Positions 29,246 to 40,735 of a stretch of 64,000 nt of DNA are shown one piece after another. Each line of letters opens with the position of its first letter. Position 1 is the first letter of the stretch. A program made the position numbers and the translations under genes. The stretch is from Gammaproteobacteria bacterium. GTDB lineage: Bacteria; Pseudomonadota; Gammaproteobacteria; CAKMZV01. The DNA is taken from contig OZ255827.1 in NCBI GenBank assembly GCA_965277625.1, positions 1,806,913 to 1,870,912 of the forward strand, given 5' to 3'. The notes under the pieces were generated by a model. That model was given only the letters and a program-made list of their open reading frames with translations, did not search any database and was not told where the DNA came from.

Positions 29246-30094
29246 TCATCGCCTCACAATATCTTCAGGGCTGATGATGAATGGTTGGGCTTCCTTTGCT
29301 TGTTTGGGTTGTCCCTTAAAAGCATGACCATAGACGATCTCGTAAGACATGGTGATTTTGCCTGGCTCTTGTGTCTGCTTTGCCAAAACCTCATACATCT
29401 TTTTCCATAACCCAGGCGGGGTCAAACCATGACGTTTGCCGTGTAAATGGTTGCGCGAACCAACGCCTCGTATGTCATTCAGTGCGGCACGACCATCAGT
29501 ATAACTGACCGACATCATCGTCATATCCATAACGGGGTCAGACAGCCCACAGTGCATCAATAAATCGCCCAAATCGTGCATGTCTATAAAAGGATTCACA
29601 TGCTCATAATGCGGATCTGCTACCAGCCAAGCCTGCCTTAACTCCTTCAATGTTTGGGGACCAAAAGTGGCAAAATGAAAAATGCCATCGTCCACCAATA
29701 CCCGCGCCACTTCCTTAAACAGTTTCTCCAAATCATATGACCATTGCAACATTGCATTTGAAGCCACCAGATCCACTTGTTGGTCTTGAATGGGGAGTTC
29801 ATGCGCATCCGCCATAACACTTCTGATAGGCTGTACAGCATGTTCATTGAGATGTTGTAGCATCTGTTCGGCAATGTCAATGGCAACCACGGTGGCTTGC
29901 GGATATTGCGCCAGTAGTTTTTCAGTCAATTTGCCTGTGCCCGCCCCCAAATCAAGAATGTGTTTGGGATCGTTTTTAAAAAAACGCAATCGTTCATCCA
30001 ACTCCATCACCATATGATTTTGCACCACAGCAAAATGATCATAAGTTTGGGCAACTTGGTTAAAACTGCGACTTAATGCGTTTGGGAATGCCAT
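29246..30094 (-). CDS. bioC: Malonyl-ACP O-methyltransferase
   Basis: LDLGAGTG, SNAMLQW, FGPQTLKEL, HVNPFIDMHDLGD. Confidence 0.9.
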   Translation of the reverse strand: MAFPNALSRSFNQVAQTYDHFAVVQNHMVMELDERLRFFKNDPKHILDLGAGTGKLTEKLLAQYPQATVVAIDIAEQMLQHLNEHAVQPIRSVMADAHELPIQDQQVDLVASNAMLQWSYDLEKLFKEVARVLVDDGIFHFATFGPQTLKELRQAWLVADPHYEHVNPFIDMHDLGDLLMHCGLSDPVMDMTMMSVSYTDGRAALNDIRGVGSRNHLHGKRHGLTPPGLWKKMYEVLAKQTQEPGKITMSYEIVYGHAFKGQPKQAKEAQPFIISPEDIVRR

Positions 30095-30789
30095 GCTTTA
30101 ATATCCTCGACGAGCTGATCCAATTGTGACAACATTGGCAAATGCCCCCCTGCTCTTTTGACCACAACATATTGCTCAGGCATTTGAGCGATTTGATCGG
30201 CAATCGCAATAGGCACCAAAGCATCTTGCTTAGCAAACCAGAAGCCTGTCTTAACCAGAGATGGTATTGTCAAAATTGGGTGCATCTTTAACTGTCTTAA
30301 ATGTTCTAAGCGGTTCAGTAATGTTTGTTTGTTTGCCATTTGACCTTGTTCTGTATCGCTAAAAAATACTTGATCTGCCTGCTGTAACAACAACTTTAAT
30401 GTTTGCTTGGGTTCACCATGGGCGCAGGTGCGATAAAACATTTTCAATGCTCTTTCAGATTGCTGAGCGATTGAACTTTCTAAGTTTTCAAAAGCGTCCG
30501 GAGACATGCCATTCCAATCGGTTTGTTCAATGAAACTGGGATTCGTCGTCACACAAAATATCGATTTCAAAGTCAAATACTGCCCAAGATATAATGCCCA
30601 ATTGCCACCCAATGAATGGCCAATCACGTGGGCATGAGCAGGTATTACCATTTCAGCCATTGCTGATTCAAGCCTGCTATGCTGTTTGGGTAATTCAATC
30701 AGCCGCACTTCATCGATGGCTTGCAATGCAACCACCAGAGGATTATAGCAATCTTTAGGGATGCCCCAACCGGGTAATATGACAATCAT
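30073..30789 (-). CDS. bioH: Pimeloyl-ACP methyl ester carboxylesterase (BioH-like)
   Basis: LPGWG, GHSLGG nucleophile motif, D.LVP, GH.P; adjacent to bioC. Confidence 0.75.
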   Translation of the reverse strand: MIVILPGWGIPKDCYNPLVVALQAIDEVRLIELPKQHSRLESAMAEMVIPAHAHVIGHSLGGNWALYLGQYLTLKSIFCVTTNPSFIEQTDWNGMSPDAFENLESSIAQQSERALKMFYRTCAHGEPKQTLKLLLQQADQVFFSDTEQGQMANKQTLLNRLEHLRQLKMHPILTIPSLVKTGFWFAKQDALVPIAIADQIAQMPEQYVVVKRAGGHLPMLSQLDQLVEDIKAWHSQTH

Positions 30790-30832
30790 ACTAAGGCTTT
30801 GGTACTCAATTATGTTGAATTTTATGAATGGC

Positions 30833-33800
30833 TTATTCTTTATAAATTTTGGGGCTTTCCCAATCGCCTTCAATACGATAGACCTCAGTCAGTAGGTCGT
30901 CGCCCTCTGCTAAATTAAATAATTCATTGGCCAAATAGACGCCAACGCCGACCGGCAGACCGCCAACCAAAGCCGTTATTGGCACCAAAGTATTGGTGTA
31001 TTTTGGTGTCACCAAAGCGCGTAGATCATGTTTTTCATTGATGGCATCACTTTGTCCAGTCATATTGATTTCCGCCGCTGGTGTGCGCATTTGAAGCTTT
31101 TTAACGTTGATGGCACCATGGTTGAGTTCCATTTCCACGAATGAGTCATCGAACAGCATGCCTGCATCGGTTACATCTTTTAAGTCAAAGTCAAAGCGTC
31201 GCTCCAAAACTGACAAATTCAATAAACCAATCAGCCGCCCAAACCCTGGATCGGCATTTTTAACAGAACCGGCTTTAGAGTTTAAATTAATAACGCCAAC
31301 TAAATCCTTAAAATGTGGACAGGATAATTGACCTTGCCAATTGATGGCACCATCAGAGCGCACTTCCTGTGCAACATAATTGACATTATCAATAGCCAGT
31401 AGTTGATTCAGCGTTGCAAGTTTATGACTGTCTAATGTATAAGTTAATGTGTTTGCCTGCGCCATAAAATTATGTTGCGCTTGACCCGTGATGTTCATAT
31501 CCGGACCATTTACATTAAAAGACTCAACCCTGACCGTTTGACTGGTTTGAGTTGCATTGGCTGTAAATTGGCCGATATTTTGCTGCCCAAAAGTAAATTC
31601 ATCGATTTTGACTGTCGCTTTACGCCACAACGGCGAAGCAAAAGAATGGCACAACTCTGTTAAATTCGGGGCACTTCGAATGATGAAGAACTTTTCAAAA
31701 CTTACATTGACATCTTTTTGATCTGGGTCATAGTCAAACGACCCTTTAATGCCTTTGGCCTGAAAATCAACTCCCCACTGATTGGATGACAACTGAGCCA
31801 TCGCTGAAATCTGGTCATAAACCAAATCATCGTATCTGAATTTGTCCGCCTCAATGTAAATAAATTTTGGTTTGGGGAACAGCGAGTCTTGAGTCAGGTT
31901 GCCCTCGCCCGCTGGTTTATAATCGATCCAGTTCTTGATAAAAAGCGTCCATCGATTTGCAGAAACGACGGGCAATCTGATGGCAACACCCAAAGCATCC
32001 TTGTTTGATGGCATTTCAGGATAGGGTTTGCCTAACCAAATTTGTCCGCTTTCAAATGTCTTTTGTCCATTCGGTTTAGTGAAATACGCCGCCCCTAATT
32101 TTGTCCCTAATGCCACCTCAATAGTCAAGGATTTGGTGGTTTGCTGGGCTTCGATTTCAAGTCGCATTCGATCCTTGATCGCTTTATTCAAAGGCAATGG
32201 CATGGTGCTGGTGATGCCAACCAAATCAGATTGAACGCTAAATCGGCTTGGGTAGTCTGAATCTTCGGGTGGTAGGCGAAATTGACCGATAAATGGCGCT
32301 TCTCCAGTAATGTTTGGCAACCAAACCGAAGGTTTTAATATGCCATCTACGTCAACCACCAGCCACTTCTCCGCCTCAATCTGTTTATGCGTCAAGGTGG
32401 CTTTGATCGGTTGATCAAACCAAAAAGCTTCAAGATTATCACTGAATATCCGCTCTGGTGAAAAATGGATAAAACCAGAGAACTGAGTAAATTTTTCATT
32501 GTAGAGTACAAAAAGCGCCTGATCAAAATGCACACTGCCAAATGCTTGAGTTGGGATTAAGTCGGCATCATCTAAACGAATATCCAAATTCACATTGGCC
32601 GAAACCGTCCCTTGTGATAAGGTTGAATTTTCAATCAATGTTTCAATGCCTACAAGTTCAGCCAATTGCGATGTTTTAAAATAATGATCAACCTTTTCAG
32701 CATCGGACTTCAATGCGGTTTTTATTGCTAGGCGATCGGTTTTTGCCGTGGTATCAATGGTGATTTTTGTTGTAGAAATGTTGATCCCGCCGGTTTCACC
32801 ACTCTGTGCATCAACGGACAACAGGTTTTTGAAATACTTGAGTTCGCCTTGATGAACAAGAATGAGCTTCCAATCAGGCTGTGGTGTAAGCGTGACCGAA
32901 TCCAAGTCCAGTTCTATCAGATTATAGTGGTCTGGATGGTCGGCTTCATTGATTGACTGAGGGGTGCCTTTTAAGCCTAATTTAAATTTTTTAATGTGCC
33001 CACTGATAAAATTATTCTGAATCCAACGGTAAGCATCTTTATTCATGGTCCCATCAGGCAACCATGCTTTGCTTTCTCTAACACTCAGTGAGTCCGCTTT
33101 AATGACCACATCAAGTATGGGTGCGCTCAGGGGCTGTTTTACACTCAAATCCACTGTGACATGGGTATCTTCAAGTGATTGGGCGGAAGCTTTTTCAAAT
33201 TCCAAGGTTGTTGGATCAAATAATGTCCCTTTGGTTACCCCTTCAATGGTCAGATTTTTAAGTTGTTTGGTTGCACTATATAAATCGGGAATGAACCATT
33301 TAAGCATGTCAGAGTTCATTTTCAAACGGCCTACTTTCTCAGCATAATCGTATTGAATATCTAATGGTCCAACATGCTTAAACGACTCTAAATCGGCATT
33401 AACAGCAAAGCCTTTAACGTCCAAAAACATGGTTTCAACTTCAAAACTACCTAAGTTCATGGCAAGATCAAAGGACTCCATGCGACCAGCCAATTCCAAG
33501 GAGTTCAAATCAGTGCCTTTAAACATCTTGGAAATGGGTTTTAGATCAAGAGCGTCCACCTCAATCTTTAACAAATCATCGGTTTGTTGAATCCTAATTG
33601 GTTGCTGTAACTGAAAATCTCCGATGTGAATGTACTTGATTGAATGTTCTCCATGCCCATTTAAGCGTAGCTCTGAATGTATAGATTTAAAATTTTGATC
33701 GGTCAAATTCCAATCGCCGAATACATTTAAATCGACGGCCTCCTGATCTTCCAACCATAGCCCTTCTAAACCAATATGTTTGGCAAGTATGCTGTCTTCA

Positions 33801-34456
33801 TAGACGATTTCTGGTATGACCATACTAAACGTCCACTGGTCATTTTGTTGCAAATACGCATTGAACCAAACTTTAGTCATTTCTAATTCTGGCGTTTGAG
33901 CCTGCATATGTATGGTTATATTGGGCTGTGGTTCTCGCGTATAAGCCAATTGATTTATGTTGATTTTATGGTTTTTGATTTCATCGACAAATGTCAGGGT
34001 ATTAACCGAGATGAGCTGCCAATCCGAAATGAACCGCAACAATTGCAATTCTTTTGGCAATGAAGAAATATTCCACGAAAACGGCTTGCTTTCATCCGCC
34101 TTATCAGCAGATGGTCTGTACGATACGTGCACATCGTTAAACACAACGGACGATAACCCAGTTTTAAAAATATTGGGAAACAAAGATAAATCTAAAGCCA
34201 AATGATCGACCCAAATAGTCGCTTGCTCTGTCACCACCTTGATATGATCAAAACTGAGCACCCAGTGATTAAATTGGGTGTTAAGCGCTGCTCGTTTATA
34301 GCGAATATCAATGCCTAAGTTGTTCTGAATCAGTTGACGAATAACAATCGGCTTATCCTTAACCCATTGCACCACAACTCGTGTGCCAATGGTCATAGCA
34401 TTGAGCAGAATAAGCAAGGCTAATAAACTGATGGTTAAATAAAGCCGAAACCTCAT
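30833..34456 (-). CDS. yhdP: YhdP/AsmA2 family phospholipid transport protein
   Basis: About 1200 aa beta-rich with an N-terminal TM; C-terminal GRLIGLLN..F...G..FD and Y.IEGDWESP. Confidence 0.8.
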   Translation of the reverse strand: MRFRLYLTISLLALLILLNAMTIGTRVVVQWVKDKPIVIRQLIQNNLGIDIRYKRAALNTQFNHWVLSFDHIKVVTEQATIWVDHLALDLSLFPNIFKTGLSSVVFNDVHVSYRPSADKADESKPFSWNISSLPKELQLLRFISDWQLISVNTLTFVDEIKNHKININQLAYTREPQPNITIHMQAQTPELEMTKVWFNAYLQQNDQWTFSMVIPEIVYEDSILAKHIGLEGLWLEDQEAVDLNVFGDWNLTDQNFKSIHSELRLNGHGEHSIKYIHIGDFQLQQPIRIQQTDDLLKIEVDALDLKPISKMFKGTDLNSLELAGRMESFDLAMNLGSFEVETMFLDVKGFAVNADLESFKHVGPLDIQYDYAEKVGRLKMNSDMLKWFIPDLYSATKQLKNLTIEGVTKGTLFDPTTLEFEKASAQSLEDTHVTVDLSVKQPLSAPILDVVIKADSLSVRESKAWLPDGTMNKDAYRWIQNNFISGHIKKFKLGLKGTPQSINEADHPDHYNLIELDLDSVTLTPQPDWKLILVHQGELKYFKNLLSVDAQSGETGGINISTTKITIDTTAKTDRLAIKTALKSDAEKVDHYFKTSQLAELVGIETLIENSTLSQGTVSANVNLDIRLDDADLIPTQAFGSVHFDQALFVLYNEKFTQFSGFIHFSPERIFSDNLEAFWFDQPIKATLTHKQIEAEKWLVVDVDGILKPSVWLPNITGEAPFIGQFRLPPEDSDYPSRFSVQSDLVGITSTMPLPLNKAIKDRMRLEIEAQQTTKSLTIEVALGTKLGAAYFTKPNGQKTFESGQIWLGKPYPEMPSNKDALGVAIRLPVVSANRWTLFIKNWIDYKPAGEGNLTQDSLFPKPKFIYIEADKFRYDDLVYDQISAMAQLSSNQWGVDFQAKGIKGSFDYDPDQKDVNVSFEKFFIIRSAPNLTELCHSFASPLWRKATVKIDEFTFGQQNIGQFTANATQTSQTVRVESFNVNGPDMNITGQAQHNFMAQANTLTYTLDSHKLATLNQLLAIDNVNYVAQEVRSDGAINWQGQLSCPHFKDLVGVINLNSKAGSVKNADPGFGRLIGLLNLSVLERRFDFDLKDVTDAGMLFDDSFVEMELNHGAINVKKLQMRTPAAEINMTGQSDAINEKHDLRALVTPKYTNTLVPITALVGGLPVGVGVYLANELFNLAEGDDLLTEVYRIEGDWESPKIYKE

Positions 34457-34464
34457 CAATCGAC

Positions 34465-34932
34465 CTAATGATGATAGGGATGGTTGGCATGGATGCATGA
34501 GGCTCTATACAATTGCTCAACCAAGAGCAATCGAGCCAATCCGTGGGGTAGGGTCAATGCCGATAATGACAGCTTTTGCGAGCAATGATTCAGCACTTCT
34601 TCTGACAGCCCATCGGCACCACCAATGATAAAACAAGGATCGTTCTTTTGTTCTAACAACTGGGCGATTTTTTGCGCAAACGCCATAGAATCAAGCGCCA
34701 TGGCTTCAACGCATAAGGCCACCGGCACGACGTTTTGCGGTAATTTTTCTAGTATTTTTTCGCCTTCTTTTTTGCGACGCATCGAAGCCGATTGTTTGTC
34801 AATGGTTTTGGGCGAGGCGATTTCGGTGAGTTGAATGTCGTAAGGCTTGTGTGTGCGTTTTGAATACATCTGTACTGACTCATAAACCCAATTTGGTTGC
34901 TTATGTCCAACAGCTATGATGTGAATACTCAT
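34465..34932 (-). CDS. rlmH: 23S rRNA pseudouridine1915 N3-methyltransferase
   Basis: AVG, FIIGGADGL, SLSALTLPH, EQLYRA, HPYH. Confidence 0.95.
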   Translation of the reverse strand: MSIHIIAVGHKQPNWVYESVQMYSKRTHKPYDIQLTEIASPKTIDKQSASMRRKKEGEKILEKLPQNVVPVALCVEAMALDSMAFAQKIAQLLEQKNDPCFIIGGADGLSEEVLNHCSQKLSLSALTLPHGLARLLLVEQLYRASCIHANHPYHH

Positions 34933-34980
34933 GTGCAACCTTGAACCCTGGTTGTGAATACCTGTAAACGCCCCATATTT

Positions 34981-35373
34981 TTACGCTTTTGTTTCGGTCG
35001 TCCGCTGAGCAGGTATGACTGACCATAATTTTTCTAAGGCGTAGAGATCACGAGTTTCGGGCAACATGATGTGCACAATAACATCCATACAATCAATTAA
35101 AACCCATTCTCCTGACTCAGTGCCTTCCATTGAAGGTGAATTCTTGTGTTGACGCTTATAGTCCAATGCCAAAGCCTCTGCTGTCGCAACTACGTGGCGC
35201 GCAGAACGACCTGAAACAATGATCATCCAGTCCGTGAAATCACACAGCTCTCTGACGTCTATGATTTGCATATCACTGGCCTTCATGGCGTCTAATATAT
35301 GGGTAATATCAGTGATTTCTTTAGGCGGATTTAATTGATCTTGCGCTGATGGTTGGGGTTTCTCTGCTGTCAT
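34981..35373 (-). CDS. rsfS: Ribosome silencing factor
   Basis: MKA.D, SG.S.RHV, WVLIDC.DVIVH, YALEKLW. Confidence 0.93.
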   Translation of the reverse strand: MTAEKPQPSAQDQLNPPKEITDITHILDAMKASDMQIIDVRELCDFTDWMIIVSGRSARHVVATAEALALDYKRQHKNSPSMEGTESGEWVLIDCMDVIVHIMLPETRDLYALEKLWSVIPAQRTTETKA

Positions 35374-36059
35374 TTTGAATAATACCGGTTGCTTATAATA
35401 TTTTGCCAAACAGGCTTTGGTAAATACGATTGTAATTGTGTTTTTAGAGCGGTTTGATGCCCCTCATCTGCTGTCAGATAACGTCGTATTATATGCCGTA
35501 TCTGTGTTGAAGAAATGGCTGGCAACGCCAAATCAAGATAAATTATTGAACCGCATCTTTTTTCCTTAAGCAATTGCAAATCATCACAAACGAGCGGTGC
35601 TTGCCATTGCCTGACTTTTACTGATAAGGCATCGCGCTGATGGAATGGATAGCTTTTTCTTGCTACCACCACCAAATGGGCAAACCGCGTGAGTTTTTGC
35701 CATGACTTCCACGTATCTATTGCCATAAAAGCATCAAAACCCATAATAAAAATCAGACTTTTATCGCTGTGCTCAGCGTGTAATTCCTCCAATGTATCAA
35801 CACTGAAAGCGGGAGAGTCTCGTTTTAATTCACGATCATCAATCTCTAAGGTCGGTTCAGATTGCAAAGCTTCGTTTAACAACGACAAACGTGCTTCATT
35901 GGATAGGATTGGCTGCTTTTGATTATGCTGAGCAGGTAACAACCACAAGGTTTTGACTTCTAGCATGGCTTGCATTTGCCTGGCACACAATAAATGCCCC
36001 ATATGAAAAGGGTCGAAGCTACCGCCCATATAAGCTTGGACTTCAAGCGTCTTAGACAT
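35370..36059 (-). CDS. nadD: Nicotinate-nucleotide adenylyltransferase
   Basis: GGSFDPFHMGH, MGFDAF, ISSTQIR. Confidence 0.93.
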   Translation of the reverse strand: MSKTLEVQAYMGGSFDPFHMGHLLCARQMQAMLEVKTLWLLPAQHNQKQPILSNEARLSLLNEALQSEPTLEIDDRELKRDSPAFSVDTLEELHAEHSDKSLIFIMGFDAFMAIDTWKSWQKLTRFAHLVVVARKSYPFHQRDALSVKVRQWQAPLVCDDLQLLKEKRCGSIIYLDLALPAISSTQIRHIIRRYLTADEGHQTALKTQLQSYLPKPVWQNIISNRYYSK

Positions 36060-36138
36060 CAAAGGTTAAGTCATTGCCGAACACGCGTGTTCGCCAGCTG
36101 AGGCTTGGCTCAATAACAAAGAATTTCGAATGTCGTCC

Positions 36139-37416
36139 TTAAGGTCTGATATGCCCTTCACCATAGACCACAAATTTTTGTGAAGTCAATCCCTCTAATC
36201 CCACTGGACCACGCACATGGAACTTGTCTGTGCTGATGCCAATTTCTGCGCCAAGACCATATTCAAAACCATCAGCAAATCCAGTAGAAGCATTGACAAC
36301 CACGGAGGCAGAATCGACCGTCCGCACAAATTGCCGAGTGGTCATGTAGTTCTGACTGACGATGGCATCGGTATGACCTGAACCATATTCGGCAATATGC
36401 GCCATGGCCTGTGCCATATTATCAACCACACGAATCGACAATATGGCATCTAAATATTCTGTTGCCCAATCTTCGGCCTGAGCCGCGCGAATGCCTTTAA
36501 TCAGCGCACAGGTCTTTGGACACCCTCTCAATTCCACGCCTTTTTCTTGATACATACGCGCCAACTCTGGCAAAACTTGATCGGCAATGGCCTCATGAAC
36601 CAGCAAGGTTTCCATCGCATTACATACCCCATAACGGCGCGTTTTCGCATTAAAAGCAATCTTTATACTCATCTCTACATCGGCTTCAGCATCTATATAA
36701 GTATGACAAATACCGTCTAAATGCTTGATCACTGGCACATTTGCTATCTCAGAAATGCGCTTAATAAGCCCTTTACCACCCCGCGGAATAATCACATCCA
36801 AATAATGTGACGATTGAATCAAATGATCGACAAGTTCACGATCGGTTCGCGCCATAACTTGCACGCATTCTGGCACCAAATCAGCCGCCTTTAACCCTTG
36901 GGTGATACAGGCTGCAATTGCTGTATTAGAATGAATGGCTTCTGAACCGCCTCTTAATAAACAAGCATTGCCCGATTTCAAACACAAAGCCGCCGCATCA
37001 ATAGTTACGTTGGGGCGCGATTCATAAATGATGCCGATAACGCCCAAAGGCACGCGCATTTTGCCCACCTCAATGCCCGATGGTTGAATGGTTATTTCTT
37101 CTACAGAACCCACAGGGTCAGGCAAACTGATGATTTGTTTCAACCCAGCAATCATCGCATCGATGCGATCATCGTCCAAACTGAGACGATCCAATAAAGC
37201 ACTGTCAAGACCTGATGCAGCAGCCGCCGCCATATCTTTGTGGTTTGCCTCAAGGATTGCAGCACGCTGCTCATTTAATGTGCACGCAATGGCCTCAAGC
37301 GCCTGATTTTTTTGCCGCGTTGTTGCCGTCCCCAATATATTTGTTGCACTTCTGGCCGCTTTTGCAAGCGAAGCAACATATAAAGCATTTTCAGACATTT
37401 TTTCTGTCACTTTCAT
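36139..37416 (-). CDS. proA: Gamma-glutamyl phosphate reductase
   Basis: [42 protein letters not shown]. Confidence 0.97.
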   Translation of the reverse strand: MKVTEKMSENALYVASLAKAARSATNILGTATTRQKNQALEAIACTLNEQRAAILEANHKDMAAAAASGLDSALLDRLSLDDDRIDAMIAGLKQIISLPDPVGSVEEITIQPSGIEVGKMRVPLGVIGIIYESRPNVTIDAAALCLKSGNACLLRGGSEAIHSNTAIAACITQGLKAADLVPECVQVMARTDRELVDHLIQSSHYLDVIIPRGGKGLIKRISEIANVPVIKHLDGICHTYIDAEADVEMSIKIAFNAKTRRYGVCNAMETLLVHEAIADQVLPELARMYQEKGVELRGCPKTCALIKGIRAAQAEDWATEYLDAILSIRVVDNMAQAMAHIAEYGSGHTDAIVSQNYMTTRQFVRTVDSASVVVNASTGFADGFEYGLGAEIGISTDKFHVRGPVGLEGLTSQKFVVYGEGHIRP

Positions 37417-37518
37417 CTCCCATTATTCCATTACTATCGTTATCATTATCACTAATAAATTCATTATCTATTCCTGGTCACACTGCATGATGATTTATTC
37501 TTATTTATAAATTTTCCG

Positions 37519-37767
37519 TCTTTAGTCGGTATTAATGCTTGTTATTTTCCCATTTTTATCATAAAAAATCTACTCACCATCTTTTTTGCCACGCTTAAAA
37601 GCACCTTGAGCACGACCCTCAACAGAGCCCGCAAATGGCACATCGGTAAATTTTTTGTAATAAATGCCCTCTTGGACGACCAAATCATCCAGTGTTAGAG
37701 CCTGAATTATGGGTGAAGCGAAAAATAACAACAGCCATCCATAACGCTTTAAAGTTTGTATGATCAT
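37519..37767 (-). pseudogene. Truncated duplicate of the adjacent MORN/YwqK-like gene
   Basis: N-terminus nearly identical to 37836..38531; TAG at 37570-72 falls where W is expected (GE*IFYDKNGKITSI) and the frame continues briefly. Confidence 0.75.
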
Positions 37768-37835
37768 TTAAATCTACAAAAATTCATTTTCGTTTGATGT
37801 AATCTAGGCTCAAGCGCTTTGAATGTGACTTTCGT

Positions 37836-38531
37836 TTACAAGCGCTCTCCGTTTTTGTAGGTTACTGTCCGTAGAATTGCTCCATCAGTGCGGTATTGCG
37901 TCCACTGGCCATCTTCTTTGCCGTTCTTATTGTGCCCTTTCCATGAAACTTTGCCATCCGCATCAAAGAACGCCCACTGGCCTTCACGTTCACCATTCTC
38001 ATAGTGGCCAATTGACCTTATCTTGCCATTCCTATCATAATAAACCTGTTCGCCTTGTTGTTTGTCATCCCTATAGTTTTCCTTCTTCAGTATATTGCCG
38101 TCCTCATAGTACAAAATACTTTCGCCTTCTATTTTGCCGTTTTTGTAATGGGTTTTCCACATGGTACGACCATTCGCACTGTATCCACTCCACTCTCCCG
38201 TTTCTTTACCATTTTTAAATTTTCCTTGTTCCCGTATCGTACCGTTCTCGTGGTACACAGTCCATTGGCCATCTGCTATGCCTTTTTTATAATACCCCGT
38301 TTCTTTTTTTATGCCATTGTCATCGTACCAAATCCATTTGCCTTCTGGTTGGCCCTCCTTAAAAGCACCTTTAACTTGCCCTTCTATTTGACCTGTAAAC
38401 GGCACATCGGCATATTTTTTGTAGAATCCGCTTTTGGTTTGGAATAGGTCATCCAGTGTAAGAGCCTGGCTTAATGGAGCACAGAACAATAGCAAAAACC
38501 ATCCGTAATGCTTTAAAGTTTGTTTGATCAT
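37836..38531 (-). CDS. Secreted MORN-2 / YwqK-like repeat protein
   Basis: Signal peptide, then about 7 repeats of G.W..Y..NG.....G.YKNG. Confidence 0.85.
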   Translation of the reverse strand: MIKQTLKHYGWFLLLFCAPLSQALTLDDLFQTKSGFYKKYADVPFTGQIEGQVKGAFKEGQPEGKWIWYDDNGIKKETGYYKKGIADGQWTVYHENGTIREQGKFKNGKETGEWSGYSANGRTMWKTHYKNGKIEGESILYYEDGNILKKENYRDDKQQGEQVYYDRNGKIRSIGHYENGEREGQWAFFDADGKVSWKGHNKNGKEDGQWTQYRTDGAILRTVTYKNGERL

Positions 38532-38630
38532 TTAATTACCCTTAATTTATAGTTGCTAAAATTCATTTTAATCTTTCACCATCTTGTTTGGCGATGATTA
38601 TGCAAATGCCGCAAATAATCGAACCATATT

Positions 38631-40664
38631 TTAACCCACTAGTTCATCCAAGCCTTTTTCTCTCAGCGCTTTGATTTGGTTGCGTAAAGCGGCCGCTTGT
38701 TCAAATTCTAAATCACGTGCATGGCGATACATTTGCTTTTCTAATTTGCGCAAATATTTAATTCGATCAACTGGCGCCATTTTTTGATAATCCGCTTTTG
38801 ATTCAGCCACTTTAGAGTCTTGGGTTTCATCATCGTGCACCGATTCCATCTCATCACGAATACTGCGTTTTACGCTGGTCGGCGTAATGCCATGCCGTTT
38901 GTTATAACGCGCTTGCATTCGGCGACGTCTTTCTGTCTCTTCCATAGCGCTTTGCATAGAACCGGTGAATCTATCGGCGTACAAGATGACACGCCCTGCC
39001 ACATTTCTGGCTGCTCGTCCAATGGTTTGAATCAACGAACGTTCAGAACGCAAAAACCCTTCTTTATCGGCGTCTAAAATGGCCACCAAAGCCACCTCAG
39101 GCATATCCAGTCCTTCGCGCAATAAGTTAATGCCAACGAGCACATCAAAAGTCCCTAAACGTAGATCGCGAATGATTTCAACCCGTTCAACCGTGTCTAT
39201 GTCCGAATGTAGATAGCGCACTGCAATCCCATGACTTGAGAGGTAATCGGTTAAATCTTCAGACATACGTTTGGTCAGGGTGGTCACTAATATGCGTTGA
39301 TTTTTGGCTGTTGCTTTCAAAATTTCTTCAAACAAATCATCTACTTGCGATCCAGCTGGGCGTACTTCAACAGCAGGGTCTAATAATCCAGTGGGCCGAA
39401 CCACTTGTTCAACAGGTTGAGGTGAATGTTGCGCTTCGTAATCCCCAGGTGTGGCAGAAACAAATATGGATTGGGGTCGTCGATCTTCAAACTCTTCAAA
39501 ATTTAAGGGTCGATTATCAATAGCCGACGGCAAACGAAAACCATATTCAACCAAGTTGATTTTTCGGGCACGATCGCCTCTATACATGGCTCGCAATTGT
39601 GACAAAGTAATATGGCTTTCATCCACAACGAGTAATGCATCAACAGGTAAGTAGTCGAATAATGTTGGTGGAGCTTCTCCCTGTTCTCTGCCTGATAAAT
39701 AGCGCGAGTAATTTTCAATCCCACTGCAGTAGCCTAATTCCCGAATCATTTCTAAATCCATGCGTGTGCGTTCTTCCAAGCGTTGCGCTTCAACCAATCG
39801 ATTGTTTTTATGAAGCATCGCCAACTGATCGCGCAGCTCTGTTCGGACCAAGTCCACCATCTTATCCAACCGTTCTTGCGGGGTAACATAATGCGTCTTA
39901 GGATATACTGTCAAATCATCAACGGCTTGTTCAGCACGTCCAGTCAAAGGGTCAAACCAACAAATACGCTCGATCTCATCATCAAACATTTCAATTCGCA
40001 CCGCAAGAAACTCCGATTCTGCGGGAAATATCTCAATGTTTTCGCCGCGAACTCGATAATTACTGCGATAGAGTTCGACCTCATTACGGGTGTATTGCAT
40101 GTCCGCTAAGCGTTTTAATATATCTCTTTGATTATGATGATCCCCGCGCTTCAGGTGGAGTTTCATTTGTAAATATTGCGTTGGGTCGCCCAAGCCATAG
40201 ATTGCAGACACTGTGGCGACAATGATTACATCTCTACGCTCTAACAGACCTTTGGTCGCTGCAAGACGCATTTGCTCAATGTGTTCATTGACACTGGCAT
40301 CTTTTTCAATGTAAACACCCGAAGCCGGCACATAGGCTTCAGGCTGATAATAATCGTAATAAGAAACAAAATATTCCACTGCATTATTGGGGAAAAAGGC
40401 TTTGAATTCACCGTAAAGTTGCGCCGCTAAGGTTTTGTTCGGCGCAAGCACTAAGGTCGGGCGACCCAGTGTTTTTATGACATTGGCAATGGTAAACGTT
40501 TTACCAGAGCCCGTGACCCCCAATAGAGTTTGGCAATCCAGTCCTTGTTCTATGCCTTTAATTAATTGTTCAATGGCCTGCGGTTGATCGCCTGTGGGTT
40601 GAAAGGGGCTTTTTAAAGAAAAATCCTGAAAGGAAATGCGTGATTCAATGGTAGTGGGCGACAT
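38631..40664 (-). CDS. uvrB: Excinuclease ABC subunit B
   Basis: [45 protein letters not shown]. Confidence 0.98.
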   Translation of the reverse strand: MSPTTIESRISFQDFSLKSPFQPTGDQPQAIEQLIKGIEQGLDCQTLLGVTGSGKTFTIANVIKTLGRPTLVLAPNKTLAAQLYGEFKAFFPNNAVEYFVSYYDYYQPEAYVPASGVYIEKDASVNEHIEQMRLAATKGLLERRDVIIVATVSAIYGLGDPTQYLQMKLHLKRGDHHNQRDILKRLADMQYTRNEVELYRSNYRVRGENIEIFPAESEFLAVRIEMFDDEIERICWFDPLTGRAEQAVDDLTVYPKTHYVTPQERLDKMVDLVRTELRDQLAMLHKNNRLVEAQRLEERTRMDLEMIRELGYCSGIENYSRYLSGREQGEAPPTLFDYLPVDALLVVDESHITLSQLRAMYRGDRARKINLVEYGFRLPSAIDNRPLNFEEFEDRRPQSIFVSATPGDYEAQHSPQPVEQVVRPTGLLDPAVEVRPAGSQVDDLFEEILKATAKNQRILVTTLTKRMSEDLTDYLSSHGIAVRYLHSDIDTVERVEIIRDLRLGTFDVLVGINLLREGLDMPEVALVAILDADKEGFLRSERSLIQTIGRAARNVAGRVILYADRFTGSMQSAMEETERRRRMQARYNKRHGITPTSVKRSIRDEMESVHDDETQDSKVAESKADYQKMAPVDRIKYLRKLEKQMYRHARDLEFEQAAALRNQIKALREKGLDELVG

Positions 40665-40735
40665 AGGGGTATTTCGGTCAATAAATGATGGTGGTTGATG
40701 GTCGGCAAAGACCAGGCTTCTGCTACAATGAAAAC

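Noticed and set aside
37417-37475. Low-complexity CATTAT-like repeats upstream of proA
   Set aside because: Irregular period, AT-rich intergenic sequence, no inverted partner
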